The position numbers and the translations under genes were made by a program. A stretch of 53,072 nt of DNA, counting the filler, from Squatina squatina (lineage: Eukaryota), in NCBI GenBank assembly GCA_031763465.1. It is 3 parts of 3 records of this genome, joined end to end, with 100 filler letters (N's around TTAATTAATTAA, not from the genome) between each part and the next. Parts side by side here need not be neighbours in the genome. Positions count along the whole stretch, not along the records: positions 34,064 to 53,072 come from JARFOE010000001.1; 2 more parts are not named here. One strand, written 5' to 3'. Below are positions 38,342 to 48,850 of this stretch, piece after piece. How positions within the stretch are numbered: position 1 is the stretch's first letter; each line of letters opens with the position of its first letter. A model generated the notes under the pieces. That model did no database searches, was not told where the DNA came from, and saw only the letters and a program-made list of their open reading frames with translations.

Positions 38342-39076
38342 NNNNNNNNNNNNNNNNNNNNNNNNNNNNNNNNNNNNNNNNNNNNNNNNNNNNNNNNNNN
38401 NNNNNNNNNNNNNNNNNNNNNNNNNNNNNNNNNNNNNNNNNNNNNNNNNNNNNNNNNNNNNNNNNNNNNNNNNNNNNNNNNNNNNNNNNNNNNNNNNNNN
38501 NNNNNNNNNNNNNNNNNNNNNNNNNNNNNNNNNNNNNNNNNNNNNNNNNNNNNNNNNNNNNNNNNNNNNNNNNNNNNNNNNNNNNNNNNNNNNNNNNNNN
38601 NNNNNNNNNNNNNNNNNNNNNNNNNNNNNNNNNNNNNNNNNNNNNNNNNNNNNNNNNNNNNNNNNNNNNNNNNNNNNNNNNNNNNNNNNNNNNNNNNNNN
38701 NNNNNNNNNNNNNNNNNNNNNNNNNNNNNNNNNNNNNNNNNNNNNNNNNNNNNNNNNNNNNNNNNNNNNNNNNNNNNNNNNNNNNNNNNNNNNNNNNNNN
38801 NNNNNNNNNNNNNNNNNNNNNNNNNNNNNNNNNNNNNNNNNNNNNNNNNNNNNNNNNNNNNNNNNNNNNNNNNNNNNNNNNNNNNNNNNNNNNNNNNNNN
38901 NNNNNNNNNNNNNNNNNNNNNNNNNNNNNNNNNNNNNNNNNNNNNNNNNNNNNNNNNNNNNNNNNNNNNNNNNNNNNNNNNNNNNNNNNNNNNNNNNNNN
39001 NNNNNNNNNNNNNNNNNNNNNNNNNNNNNNNNNNNNNNNNNNNNNNNNNNNNNNNNNNNNNNNNNNNNNNNNNNNN

Positions 39077-39281
39077 CCCACCGCACACACAAGCTTTGTA
39101 TTTGACGCTCTGATTCTCCATACAACGCCTCCACTGCCTCCACTTTCCAGTGTAACCAAATTTCGAATGAACTCCCCTGTTTTCAGGTCCCAAAGTTTTA
39201 CGGTCCCATCGTCTGAGCTAGTTATCACAAAGTTCTTGTTGAATTGGAGGCAAGTCACAGCACTCTGATGCTTGTTAGGCC
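39077..39281 (-). CDS. FBXW7: FBXW7 last coding exon (C-terminal WD40 repeats), 3' end in gap
   Basis: Acceptor cactag, then (G)PNKHQSAVTCLQFNKNFVITSSDDGTVKLWDLKTGEFIRNLVTLESGGSGGVVWRIRASNTKLVCAV. Confidence 0.95.
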
Positions 39282-39792
39282 CTAGTGAGGAAAACAAAAT
39301 GAGATGAATCAACAAGTCATTCTCCCAAAAGCTGCACATCCTTGTACACCATCAGCTGGGTAATAACATCACAACCTCAATACGTTAGTGACAGGAACAA
39401 GACTTCACACATCATGTTCAACTTGGGACTTGAGCCTCCAACTTAATACGTGTGCAAAGTGGGCAATTAATAAATGAACTTCAAATATTTAATACCAAAA
39501 TTACTGTTACAAATGTTGGGAAAAGGACCAGGAGAGAAAATTAGCCACCATTTTACAGTTATTTAGAAAACAAAATTGTTAACTCCCAAATGTTAATTCT
39601 AGGATTTAAACTTTTGTTGAAAACGTCCATATCACCAGTGATGATTTGCTCATTCCATATTCAGTGAAGAACATGTAGCTGAATTCCTTCATNNNNNNNN
39701 NNNNNNNNNNNNNNNNNNNNNNNNNNNNNNNNNNNNNNNNNNNNNNNNNNNNNNNNNNNNNNNNNNNNNNNNNNNNNNNNNNNNNNNNNNNN

Positions 39793-39884
39793 CTGCTGCA
39801 ACGTGACCCATCAACACATGTAAACACTGTCCTGTTTCAATGTCCCAGACACGAAGAGTAGCATCTCGAGACCCACTCACAACT
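39793..39884 (-). CDS. FBXW7: FBXW7 WD40 exon, truncated by gap
   Basis: Acceptor ttacag, then [30 protein letters not shown]. Includes the R479-equivalent phosphodegron-binding arginine. Confidence 0.93.
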
Positions 39885-40083
39885 CTGTAATGTTAAACAA
39901 GGGCCATGGAATTAGGGGTACACCAGAGCAAGTTAACCAGATAGAGATTAATGTTAGTTTGCTTCAAATTATAAGGCATTTGTTTGAGAAATATCCTCCT
40001 GATTGCAGGTTTACTTAATACTAATACAATTTGGAATGACTTCAAGAATATTGTCATTTCAGTAAGTGAAGGCATAATCCTAC

Positions 40084-40265
40084 CGATTTTCATGGAGGTG
40101 CATGCAACGCACAGTAGAGGTATGACCATATAGCGTGTGAATACATTCGCCAGAATCTGCATTCCATACTTTCAATGTCCGGTCAGTGGATCCACTGATG
40201 ATGATATTGCCTCTCATCTGGGATGACCAGACACCACCTGTATGTCCTACTAATGTTCTTAAACA
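40084..40265 (-). CDS. FBXW7: FBXW7 WD40 exon
   Basis: 182 bp, tgcag|...|gtagga. Encodes [60 protein letters not shown](R). The R465-equivalent is intact. Confidence 0.95.
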
Positions 40266-40814
40266 CTGCAAATAAATGGGAAATAACAAAAGAAATAAAA
40301 TAGCTGTAACAGAAAACCCAACATTCCCAATATATGCACATCCCAGAGAGCCCTGAAAGCTGATGTCACTGAATCCTCAAATCTTGAGGCTAAGTATGGT
40401 CTGAAACAGTTTACTAGCTGGTAAGATTTGAGACTCTACTATCATTTCCTTTTGAATGCAAGAGATTTGAAAAGCCTAAAACGTTTCTCTTAAAAGGTCA
40501 TTTGGATAAGCGCCGTTGAGTGCCAAGTGTGGATCCCAACTTGCATATTTCAACGGTGTTAGTTTGAGGAAGGATTTAAGTTTGAAAAAAACACAGAACA
40601 GGTTCAAGTCTCAAATTCTGAAATGTGAAACACAGGACACAGAAAATGTTCTCACTGAAATCCAAACACATATTCAATGTGCAAAAACATGGTAGATTCT
40701 CATAATCCTAAGTAANNNNNNNNNNNNNNNNNNNNNNNNNNNNNNNNNNNNNNNNNNNNNNNNNNNNNNNNNNNNNNNNNNNNNNNNNNNNNNNNNNNNN
40801 NNNNNNNNNNNNNN

Positions 40815-41240
40815 NGATATATTTGCCATAGAGGGAGTGCAATGAAGGTTCACCAGACTGATTCTGGGGATGACGAGATTGTCGTATGAGGAGAGATTGA
40901 GTAGACTAGGCCTGGATTCTCTAGAGTTCAGAAGAATGAGAGGTGATCTCATTGAAACATACAAGGCCATTTAGGACTGAGATTAGGAGAAATTTCTTCA
41001 CTCACGAGGGTAGGGAATCTTTGGAATTCTCTACCCTAGAGGGCTGTGGAGGCTCAGTCCTTGAGTACATTCAAAACAGATGTTGATGGATATCTAGATA
41101 TTAAGGGCGTCATGGGATATGGAGATAGTGCAGGAAAATGGCACTGAGATAGAAGATCAGCCATGATCGTGTTGAATGGCGGAGCAGGCTCGAGGGGCCA
41201 AATGGCCTATTCCTGCTCCTATTTCTTATGTTCTTATGTT
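40815..41240 (+). mobile_element. CR1 LINE 3' fragment in an FBXW7 intron (antisense)
   Basis: ORF2 end (ctagagttcagaagaatgagaggtgatctcattgaaacatac), 3' UTR stem and (ttcttatg)n tail. Confidence 0.9.
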
Positions 41241-41544
41241 CAGCTCAGTTCCACAGGGAGCAATGCAGTTGCCAATTGAGTGATCCAGGGAGTTTTTTTT
41301 TTTGCTTTAAACATTTTAATTAAAAGAGCATTTCAACTTCTGATTCTCCTTTTCCATCAACACAGTTCTCCTTTTAGGTTAAGACTATGGTTTACCTTTT
41401 ACCACATGACTTTTGGAGTCTCGTAATAAGATTTACCATAGGCTTCATCAATACTTTATACATGTTTTAATCTATTTATACAAACTACCATACAGAAGGA
41501 AATCATTTCCAAAATTTCAGCTCCTAAATTCTCTGAGACCGTAC

Positions 41545-41681
41545 CTTTGGGGTTTTTAGATCTCCACAGCGCCAGTTCGTGTCTATTCTGTGCTGTCGGA
41601 TGTAGGCGCTTTTCCAAGGGCTGTGAGCAAAGCCTGGTTTGATCACTTTTCTCCTTTTGATGTAAACAGGTTCATCAATTC
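41545..41681 (-). CDS. FBXW7: FBXW7 exon (linker helix after the F-box)
   Basis: 137 bp, ttccag|...|gtacgg. Encodes (G)IDEPVYIKRRKVIKPGFAHSPWKSAYIRQHRIDTNWRCGDLKTPK. Confidence 0.93.
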
Positions 41682-41907
41682 CTGGAAAATAAAATTTTAT
41701 TTGCTAAAGATTCTTAAAATTTAAAAAAATTAACAGTTTGCCTTTTAAAAGAAACATAACATGTTGGTACCAATTCTGCATATGTGTCTTAGCATATTAC
41801 TTCATTTAAATCTGTTTTTCTCCCAGTAGGAACCCAACCACAGTAAAAGTTCTGTTATGTTGCAAAGCTGTGAATACCAGCAGTAAGGTTTCTTTCCATA
41901 CGCTTAC

Positions 41908-42031
41908 CTTCCTCTTTACACTTCTCTCTCCAAAGTAGGTTGTCTTCAGCCAGTATCCTCCAGTAGCGGCAGGTCTGTGCTGCCTGCAGCAGGTCCTTGG
42001 GATCCAAGAATGAGAGAACATACAGCGCCAG
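41908..42031 (-). CDS. FBXW7: FBXW7 F-box exon
   Basis: 124 bp, tttcag|...|gtaagc. Encodes LALYVLSFLDPKDLLQAAQTCRYWRILAEDNLLWREKCKEE(G). Confidence 0.95.
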
Positions 42032-42879
42032 CTGAAATACATACAGGTGGAAAAGAATTAGTTATTTTATTTCTACCATGGTAAAGATCCCTCTCTAAAA
42101 TGGAGGCTGTTAAAATAATAAAGCACAAAATAAACTGAACAAAAGCAGTTGAACAAAAGCAAAATATTTCTGCTCTTATACACAGTGTTGTGTAAACATT
42201 TATTCATTCTGGGGGTCCAATTGGATAATGCCACATTGGTAGTGCTAGCGGCTGAATTAGTTGTTTTTTTGCACCGTATTAATGCTGATGGGAAAAAATG
42301 TGGAATTGGTTTCTAAGAAAAATTTTGAGTGGTGGTGCTGCTGGGGCTTAATGGGAGTGCTAATCAGCTCATCTGAGGCTGTCCCAACTGCACCAATTCA
42401 TTATCACCCAACATTGAGTTCAATCACTTTCCAGCCCACTTCAGCCCTTAAAGGCAATGTGCAAAGTGACTTCAGCTGCTGCTCAGGTCACTGGCAGTGT
42501 GGTTTCTGGAGGTGTTNNNNNNNNNNNNNNNNNNNNNNNNNNNNNNNNNNNNNNNNNNNNNNNNNNNNNNNNNNNNNNNNNNNNNNNNNNNNNNNNNNNN
42601 NNNNNNNNNNNNNNNNCCTGCGATTTGACTGTTGAATTTTCTGCTGGGTTGCTCAGAGGGCATCTCCTATGAGCGCCTCCGCAAAACTGGCCCTGAATGT
42701 CCCGCTCAGCAGGACCGACGCAATAAACAGTAAAAAAAAATCTTACTGTCCCAGGAGCGCCTAAAACAGATGAGAATGGGGCACTAAGACACCTGAAGTG
42801 TTAAACTGCCAATGCTGCGTTAAGCAATTAGTAAGAAAATCATCCAACTCTAGAAGGTACCTTTATCAGAGAACCTCAC

Positions 42880-43014
42880 CTCTTTTGGGAGGAGTGATAT
42901 GAAATCTCGTTGGAACTGGGGTTCTATAACTTGCATCATGTGCTTTACTTGGGTCGGTTCGCAGCTGTCAATTAATTCATCTAATGCAAGTAACCTTTCT
43001 GGTCCACTCCAACT
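42880..43014 (-). CDS. FBXW7: FBXW7 D-domain / F-box start exon
   Basis: 135 bp, ctttag|...|gtgagg. Encodes SWSGPERLLALDELIDSCEPTQVKHMMQVIEPQFQRDFISLLPKE. Confidence 0.95.
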
Positions 43015-44804
43015 CTAAAGAAAAAAATTAAACACACATTTAGTTAAATCATACTTGGATGGTGAAAGTCTGTTTGTGTATACTGAATAAATTCTGTGTG
43101 TGGGGTGGGGAGTGGAGGGGTAGGGCAGAGCGAGAGAGCGAGAGCGAGTGCACTAAAGATGGGCTGTGGGCATATTCTGCATGTTGTTTTCATTGACACT
43201 TCTGCTCTATTTCCACCTGCAATGCAGGAGGCTGTGAACAATTTTCAGGGATGTGTGGGAAAGCACTGAAGGTCATTATGACATGAGAAAAGATCAAGCT
43301 TTTGCCTTCTTGTTGCTGTTGACCCGAACAAGTGAAAGAAGTCCTGCAGGCAGGGATAGGAAAGTGTGCAGTGAGAGAGACAGAACGATTAAAGAGTGTT
43401 CCCCACTTTTTTCTGAATACAGCACAGGAAGAATATGATAATAGGCTATAATTTGCTGTGGCAGGGCATCTAAAGGCGTCTGTTGTTAGAGATGCCCTTG
43501 TACGTTTGTTTTTAAAATTTGTGTGCGCCAAGTTGCTGAATGTGTGGGCTGATAATGGGGCAGCGGGGACATGTTAATTTTCAGTGCCAGTGAGGTTAAT
43601 TAATATTTATCACGTNNNNNNNNNNNNNNNNNNNNNNNNNNNNNNNNNNNNNNNNNNNNNNNNNNNNNNNNNNNNNNNNNNNNNNNNNNNNNNNNNNNNN
43701 NNNNNNNNNNNNNNNNNNNNNNNNNNNNNNNNNNNNNNNNNNNNNNNNNNNNNNNNNNNNNNNNNNNNNNNNNNNNNNNNNNNNNNNNNNNNNNNNNNNN
43801 NNNNNNNNNNNNNNNNNNNNNNNNNNNNNNNNNNNNNNNNNNNNNNNNNNNNNNNNNNNNNNNNNNNNNNNNNNNNNNNNNNNNNNNNNNNNNNNNNNNN
43901 NNNNNNNNNNNNNNNNNNNNNNNNNNNNNNNNNNNNNNNNNNNNNNNNNNNNNNNNNNNNNNNNNNNNNNNNNNNNNNNNNNNNNNNNNNNNNNNNNNNN
44001 NNNNNNNNNNNNNNNNNNNNNNNNNNNNNNNNNNNNNNNNNNNNNNNNNNNNNNNNNNNNNNNNNNNNNNNNNNNNNNNNNNNNNNNNNNNNNNNNNNNN
44101 NNNNNNNNNNNNNNNNNNNNNNNNNNNNNNNNNNNNNNNNNNNNNNNNNNNNNNNNNNNNNNNNNNNNNNNNNNNNNNNNNNNNNNNNNNNNNNNNNNNN
44201 NNNNNNNNNNNNNNNNNNNNNNNNNNNNNNNNNNNNNNNNNNNNNNNNNNNNNNNNNNNNNNNNNNNNNNNNNNNNNNNNNNNNNNNNNNNNNNNNNNNN
44301 NNNNNNNNNNNNNNNNNNNNNNNNNNNNNNNNNNNNNNNNNNNNNNNNNNNNNNNNNNNNNNNNNNNNNNNNNNNNNNNNNNNNNNNNNNNNNNNNNNNN
44401 NNNNNNNNNNNNNNNNNNNNNNNNNNNNNNNNNNNNNNNNNNNNNNNNNNNNNNNNNNNNNNNNNNNNNNNNNNNNNNNNNNNNNNNNNNNNNNNNNNNN
44501 NNNNNNNNNNNNNNNNNNNNNNNNNNNNNNNNNNATAAAGTGCAAGAAAAACATCAGCAAAACTTACAGAATGATTAAAGAAAGAAAAATGAAACACAGC
44601 GAGAGGCCCATTAAAGAGCAACAATGAGTGGACTAAAAGGAGAGAGGAGAAAGGAAAAGGAGGAACAGACAATTGCAGTACAAATTAATTTTTGAAATGT
44701 CTATTAAATGTAATTTGTATGTATGTTTATAATTAAGTCAATCCGATCATTTAATTAAACTGCTCCAATTGATACTCAAATATTCTAAATTAACAGCTGC
44801 TTAC

Positions 44805-44861
44805 TTTTTCCAAAAATTTTCGAAGCTTTATCAGAAAACTGATTTCAGAAATCCTCTTCAT
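44805..44861 (-). CDS. Candidate FBXW7 gamma-like alternative first exon
   Basis: ATG-initiated MKRISEISFLIKLRKFLEK ends at a phase-0 gtaagc donor, between the beta exon and the common exons. Only weak similarity to human gamma. Confidence 0.25.
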
Positions 44862-45654
44862 CCATGGTTTATTGGCATAAAACTGGATGACTAATGATTA
44901 TAGAGATTCAATATAGAATGTGCAAACAGCAGCAATGTATTTATGGGTCCACATAAATCCAAATAAAGGTTAAGTTCATTTTTCTCAAGGAACAGGTCAC
45001 AAATCCAATCAACTTTCTCTTCTTTATGACTGGTTTACTGTGTGCTCATGTTTTATGCACTATAGTAAAATCCTTTAAAGGAACAGGTTTTAAACTGACT
45101 AGGCGGCTTGCATCTCAAAACAATCCACATAAAATCTAGAATATCTTTTCAAAATAAAGATTAATAGACACCCATTATATCTTATTTTAGCTGTTTTGAA
45201 ACGGATGACGGTTATGTTCCCAATTTGAAACTGGAATAATTTTATGCCAAATTTTTCCCCAAGTTGCATTGCACAACCCCTTCCCTCTCCACTCGTTTTT
45301 TTTTACAGGCTGAAACAAGTTGCACTATGGGCTTCTCCTAGCTTAAATGGACATACAACTTCACCAGACTGACAAGGCGGCATTGCTGCAGAATGTTACC
45401 AGCTCTTGTGCCTTCACCCATATATTTAAAGCAGGGAGTGGGGGGACAGCTGAGGAAGGAGTGCTCCAGTGGATTTAAAACCCTGGCCGAAAAGTGAAAG
45501 CACTTTCCAATAGAATCACGATAGATGTGTGTGAATACAAACTTTAGTGTTCAAATCCATGTCATTATTTGACTTATGAAATCAATATGAAAATTTCTAG
45601 GGAAATGCACACTAGATGCCACATTGAAATGACTCAAGGCAGTCAAAAACAAAA

Positions 45655-45773
45655 ACTTGCAGTTATATAGTGCCTTTAATGTAGTACAACGACCCATGAA
45701 GTTTCACGAGTGTTATAAAATAGAGTTTAGGGCGTAGGCAGCTGAAGGCATGACCGCCAATGATGCGGCGATT
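45655..45773 (-). mobile_element. L2-type LINE 3' fragment with an internal deletion
   Basis: Matches 1425-1500, then jumps to the 1635-1680-like sequence ggcagctgaaggcatgaccgccaatg. Confidence 0.65.
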
Positions 45774-46624
45774 ANNNNNNNNNNNNNNNNNNNNNNNNNN
45801 NNNNNNNNNNNNNNNNNNNNNNNNNNNNNNNNNNNNNNNNNNNNNNNNNNNNNNNNNNNNNNNNNNNNNNNNNNGCAACCATAGCAGATATGCTGTACAG
45901 TATCACTGTAACCAATAAATTCATGCTCAGGACAAAACCCAATTGCTAGTTTATTACTAATGCTACACAGTGATGTTTCATAAAGCGGACAAAACATGAC
46001 ATATTCGAGAACAGCAATAGTCACTGCGATTTTGCAACCTATCACCATATGGTGTGAATATCACCAGTTATTTGCGAAGCTGCGACAATTTTTTATGAGC
46101 TGCTGTAAAGTCACAGATCGATCAACTATTTAATATACAACATAAACCATAGCCACAAACATTTAACCTTTGTCACTAATGCAAACGTTTTCATAAACCA
46201 TCTATCCAACGTTAATTTTACTTTGAAACCAAGACCGTGCCTCTGATCTGTACTTTAAAAGCATCACAGCACAAAACAGCAAATGGTACTCGCATATATT
46301 GCACACTAAAATCAATTCAACTCATTTGCAGTAGTCAATTGGCAACAGTCTATGTTCCTTTTAAAATGAATTGGCCGCAATTGTTGGGTAACAGGTAGCA
46401 CGATTTAAAGCGACAATTTCTACTGGTTTTGCCAGAAGTTGCAATGCAATTACTATTTAAGATTTTGTATTCTGAAAGTGAAGGCTGGATCCCCACTTTT
46501 CACCAATTCATCAGTCTTAATTTTATACTAATGAGTTATGACCAGTAACTTGTAAAGCATGTAGCCACAATCTGGTTTTGTTTAATTGTTGCGCTCTCTA
46601 CAATATACAGTCGTGTGCACTTAC

Positions 46625-46663
46625 TTTAAAAAAGATCATTTTTAAAGTGCCGTAAAAACCCAT
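46625..46663 (-). CDS. FBXW7: FBXW7 beta-type alternative first exon, coding 3' end
   Basis: Encodes MGFYGTLKMIFFK, then gtaagt. The human beta exon ends MGFYGTLKMIFYK (recall). Strong Kozak context AAGATGG. The 5' part of the exon runs into the gap at 46753. Confidence 0.88.
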
Positions 46664-46984
46664 CTTTACTGCTGGTTCAAATCCTTGCGTGTTCGGCCGA
46701 TGGTTGCTGATACAGTGTTCTTTCAGGTAGATCCTGCGATGTCCCCAACATGNNNNNNNNNNNNNNNNNNNNNNNNNNNNNNNNNNNNNNNNNNNNNNNN
46801 NNNNNNNNNNNNNNNNNNNNNNNNNNNNNNNNNNNNNNNNNNNNNNNNNNNNNNNNNNNNNNNNNNNNNNNNNNNNNNNNNNNNNNNNNNNNNNNNNNNN
46901 NNNNNNNNNNNNNNNNNNNNNNNNNNNNNNNNNNNNNNNNNNNNNNNNNNNNNNNNNNNNNNNNNNNNNNNNNNNNNNNNNNNN

Positions 46985-47271
46985 CTCCCCCCCAGTCTCT
47001 CTCTCCCCAGTCTCTCTCTCTCTCTCTCCCCCGCAAGAGACTCTCCCTCTCTCTCTCTCTACCCCAAGTCTCTCTCGCTCTCTCTCTCCCCCCAGTCTCT
47101 CTCTCTCCCAGTCTCTGTTTCTCCCACTCTCACCCCAGCCTCTCTCTCTCTCCCCTCCCAAGTATCTCTCTCCCAGTCCTAGTCTCTCTCTCTCTCCCCC
47201 ACCAGTCTCTCATACAGTCTCTCTCCCTCCCCCAGTCTCTCTCTCTCTCCCCCAGTCTCACTCTCCTGCAG

Positions 47272-47309
<38 letters not shown>

Positions 47310-47660
47310 TCACTCCCCCAGTCTCGCTGTCTCTCTCTCTGTCTCTCTCTCCCCCAGTCTCTGTCTCTCCCCCTCTCCCTACCAGCATCTCTCTCTCCCC
47401 TCCCCAGTACCTCTCAATCTCTCTCCCCGCTCCACAGTCTCTCTCTCTCCCGCTGCCAGTCTCTCTCTCTCACCCCCGCCAGACTCTCCAACAGTCTCTC
47501 TCTCACTCCCTCAGTCTCTCTCTCTCTCTCTCTCTCTTTCCCCTGCCAGTCTCTCTCTCTCCTCCCCCCCTGTCTCTCTCTCCCCCCCACACCAGTCTCT
47601 CTCTCTCTCTCTCTCCCCCCCACCCCTGGCTCTCTCTGTCTCCCCCCACCACCACAACCC
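46985..47660. repeat. Low-complexity (CT)n / CCCCAGT(CT)n polypyrimidine array
   Basis: About 675 bp that is almost all C/T on the plus strand, with recurring ccccagtctctct units. Confidence 0.95.
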
Positions 47661-48836
47661 CGCCTTGTTTATATAATTTCATCTGCCTTTCTTCACAGTA
47701 AACATGATGCAGGTGGTATGTGGGAGAACACTCGGGGCTCCCCATCTGCCAATGATCTCCTCCCATTGCCATAGCAATCGCTGAGCTTTAGTGGCAGAGG
47801 TCGGCCACCTACTTTGGAGTTAGTTTTGCTTCAAGCGCGCTCTTGGAACCCCTGGGAGACAACTCCCAACCTTCACACAGCAGAGAGGAATGCCGAGCAT
47901 GCAGAGGTCACGCTGGCTCTTTGAAGCGTCCATAACCCATTGTCGTTAACCTTCTGGTGTGCAATTCCTGATCAACTGTGCCAAGATTTGAGATGGCAGG
48001 CTGAGAGCTGCACAACCAGACAGGAACCTTTACAAAACAGGTGTCTACTTGAACCTTAACAGTTCAAAATCAATTTCACACCCAATTTCTCTCTGCCTTC
48101 CTCCAATGAACAAGCTCCTTAAAAGATTTTCGAAGTGGTAATCAAAAGCATACCATCATTTTCTAACTAATCTGTTGTGTAAAAAAATGCCAATGCAAAC
48201 ATTTACAGAGTAGTTCAGAGACCAACTTTACTTGGCCGATAGAACAGAAAGCTTGACCGACAATTACACAATGATGACATTAACCCTTTACACACACTCG
48301 TACAAAATATTAATAACTAAGAATATTAGTAAGACTTGCTTTTTTGCATTTTATTTGTTAAGATTTCTATAGCTTGTCTGAAATAACGATATAAAATGCT
48401 ATGTTTTTGAGGGGAAAAGGCTATGTTCACGTTCTCTACCACATATAAAACTGTTGTGGGGAGGNNNNNNNNNNNNNNNNNNNNNNNNNNNNNNNNNNNN
48501 NNNNNNNNNNNNNNNNNNNNNNNNNNNNNNNNNNNNNNNNNNNNNNNNNNNNNNNNNNNNNNNNCCGTTCAGTTCTTACAGTAAATACACCATAATAACA
48601 AAATTAGCAACGATTGGGTGAATCACCACTTTTTAATCAATTGTAGTGGTGGAAAAGCTCGTTTCCATTCATCAGGTGCACACTTGTCTTTTTATGCATT
48701 GGAAAGGGACCGGTTAGCGGTTCTAGAATGAAGCAGGTTGCTGTGGTTGTCCGGGACCCTGTCCACAAGGGCTGCCTCGCTCTTCCCTTCCCTCCCCTTT
48801 CCACAAGCCTCGCTTGGCCGCACAGCTGCTGTTCTG

Positions 48837-48850
48837 GTTGCCATAGCGAC
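48837..48850. promoter_or_regulatory. Candidate RFX X-box
   Basis: GTTGCCATAGCGAC versus consensus GTTGCCATGGCAAC, in a GC-enriched block with TGAGTCA at 48904. Confidence 0.4.

Noticed and set aside
39693-40814. FBXW7 as a pseudogene because exons are missing
   Set aside because: Each missing exon coincides with an N gap, and all visible exons are open with canonical splice sites.
26541-44672. Long ORFs of 200-358 aa in the ORF track
   Set aside because: Made mostly of X from N gaps, so they are artefacts.
46750-47772. SL-rich and ER-rich ORFs
   Set aside because: Translations of the (CT)n tract.
48433-48458. CTCTACCACAT..AAACTGT resembling the human FBXW7-gamma nucleotide sequence
   Set aside because: Wrong strand and position, and too short to be meaningful.
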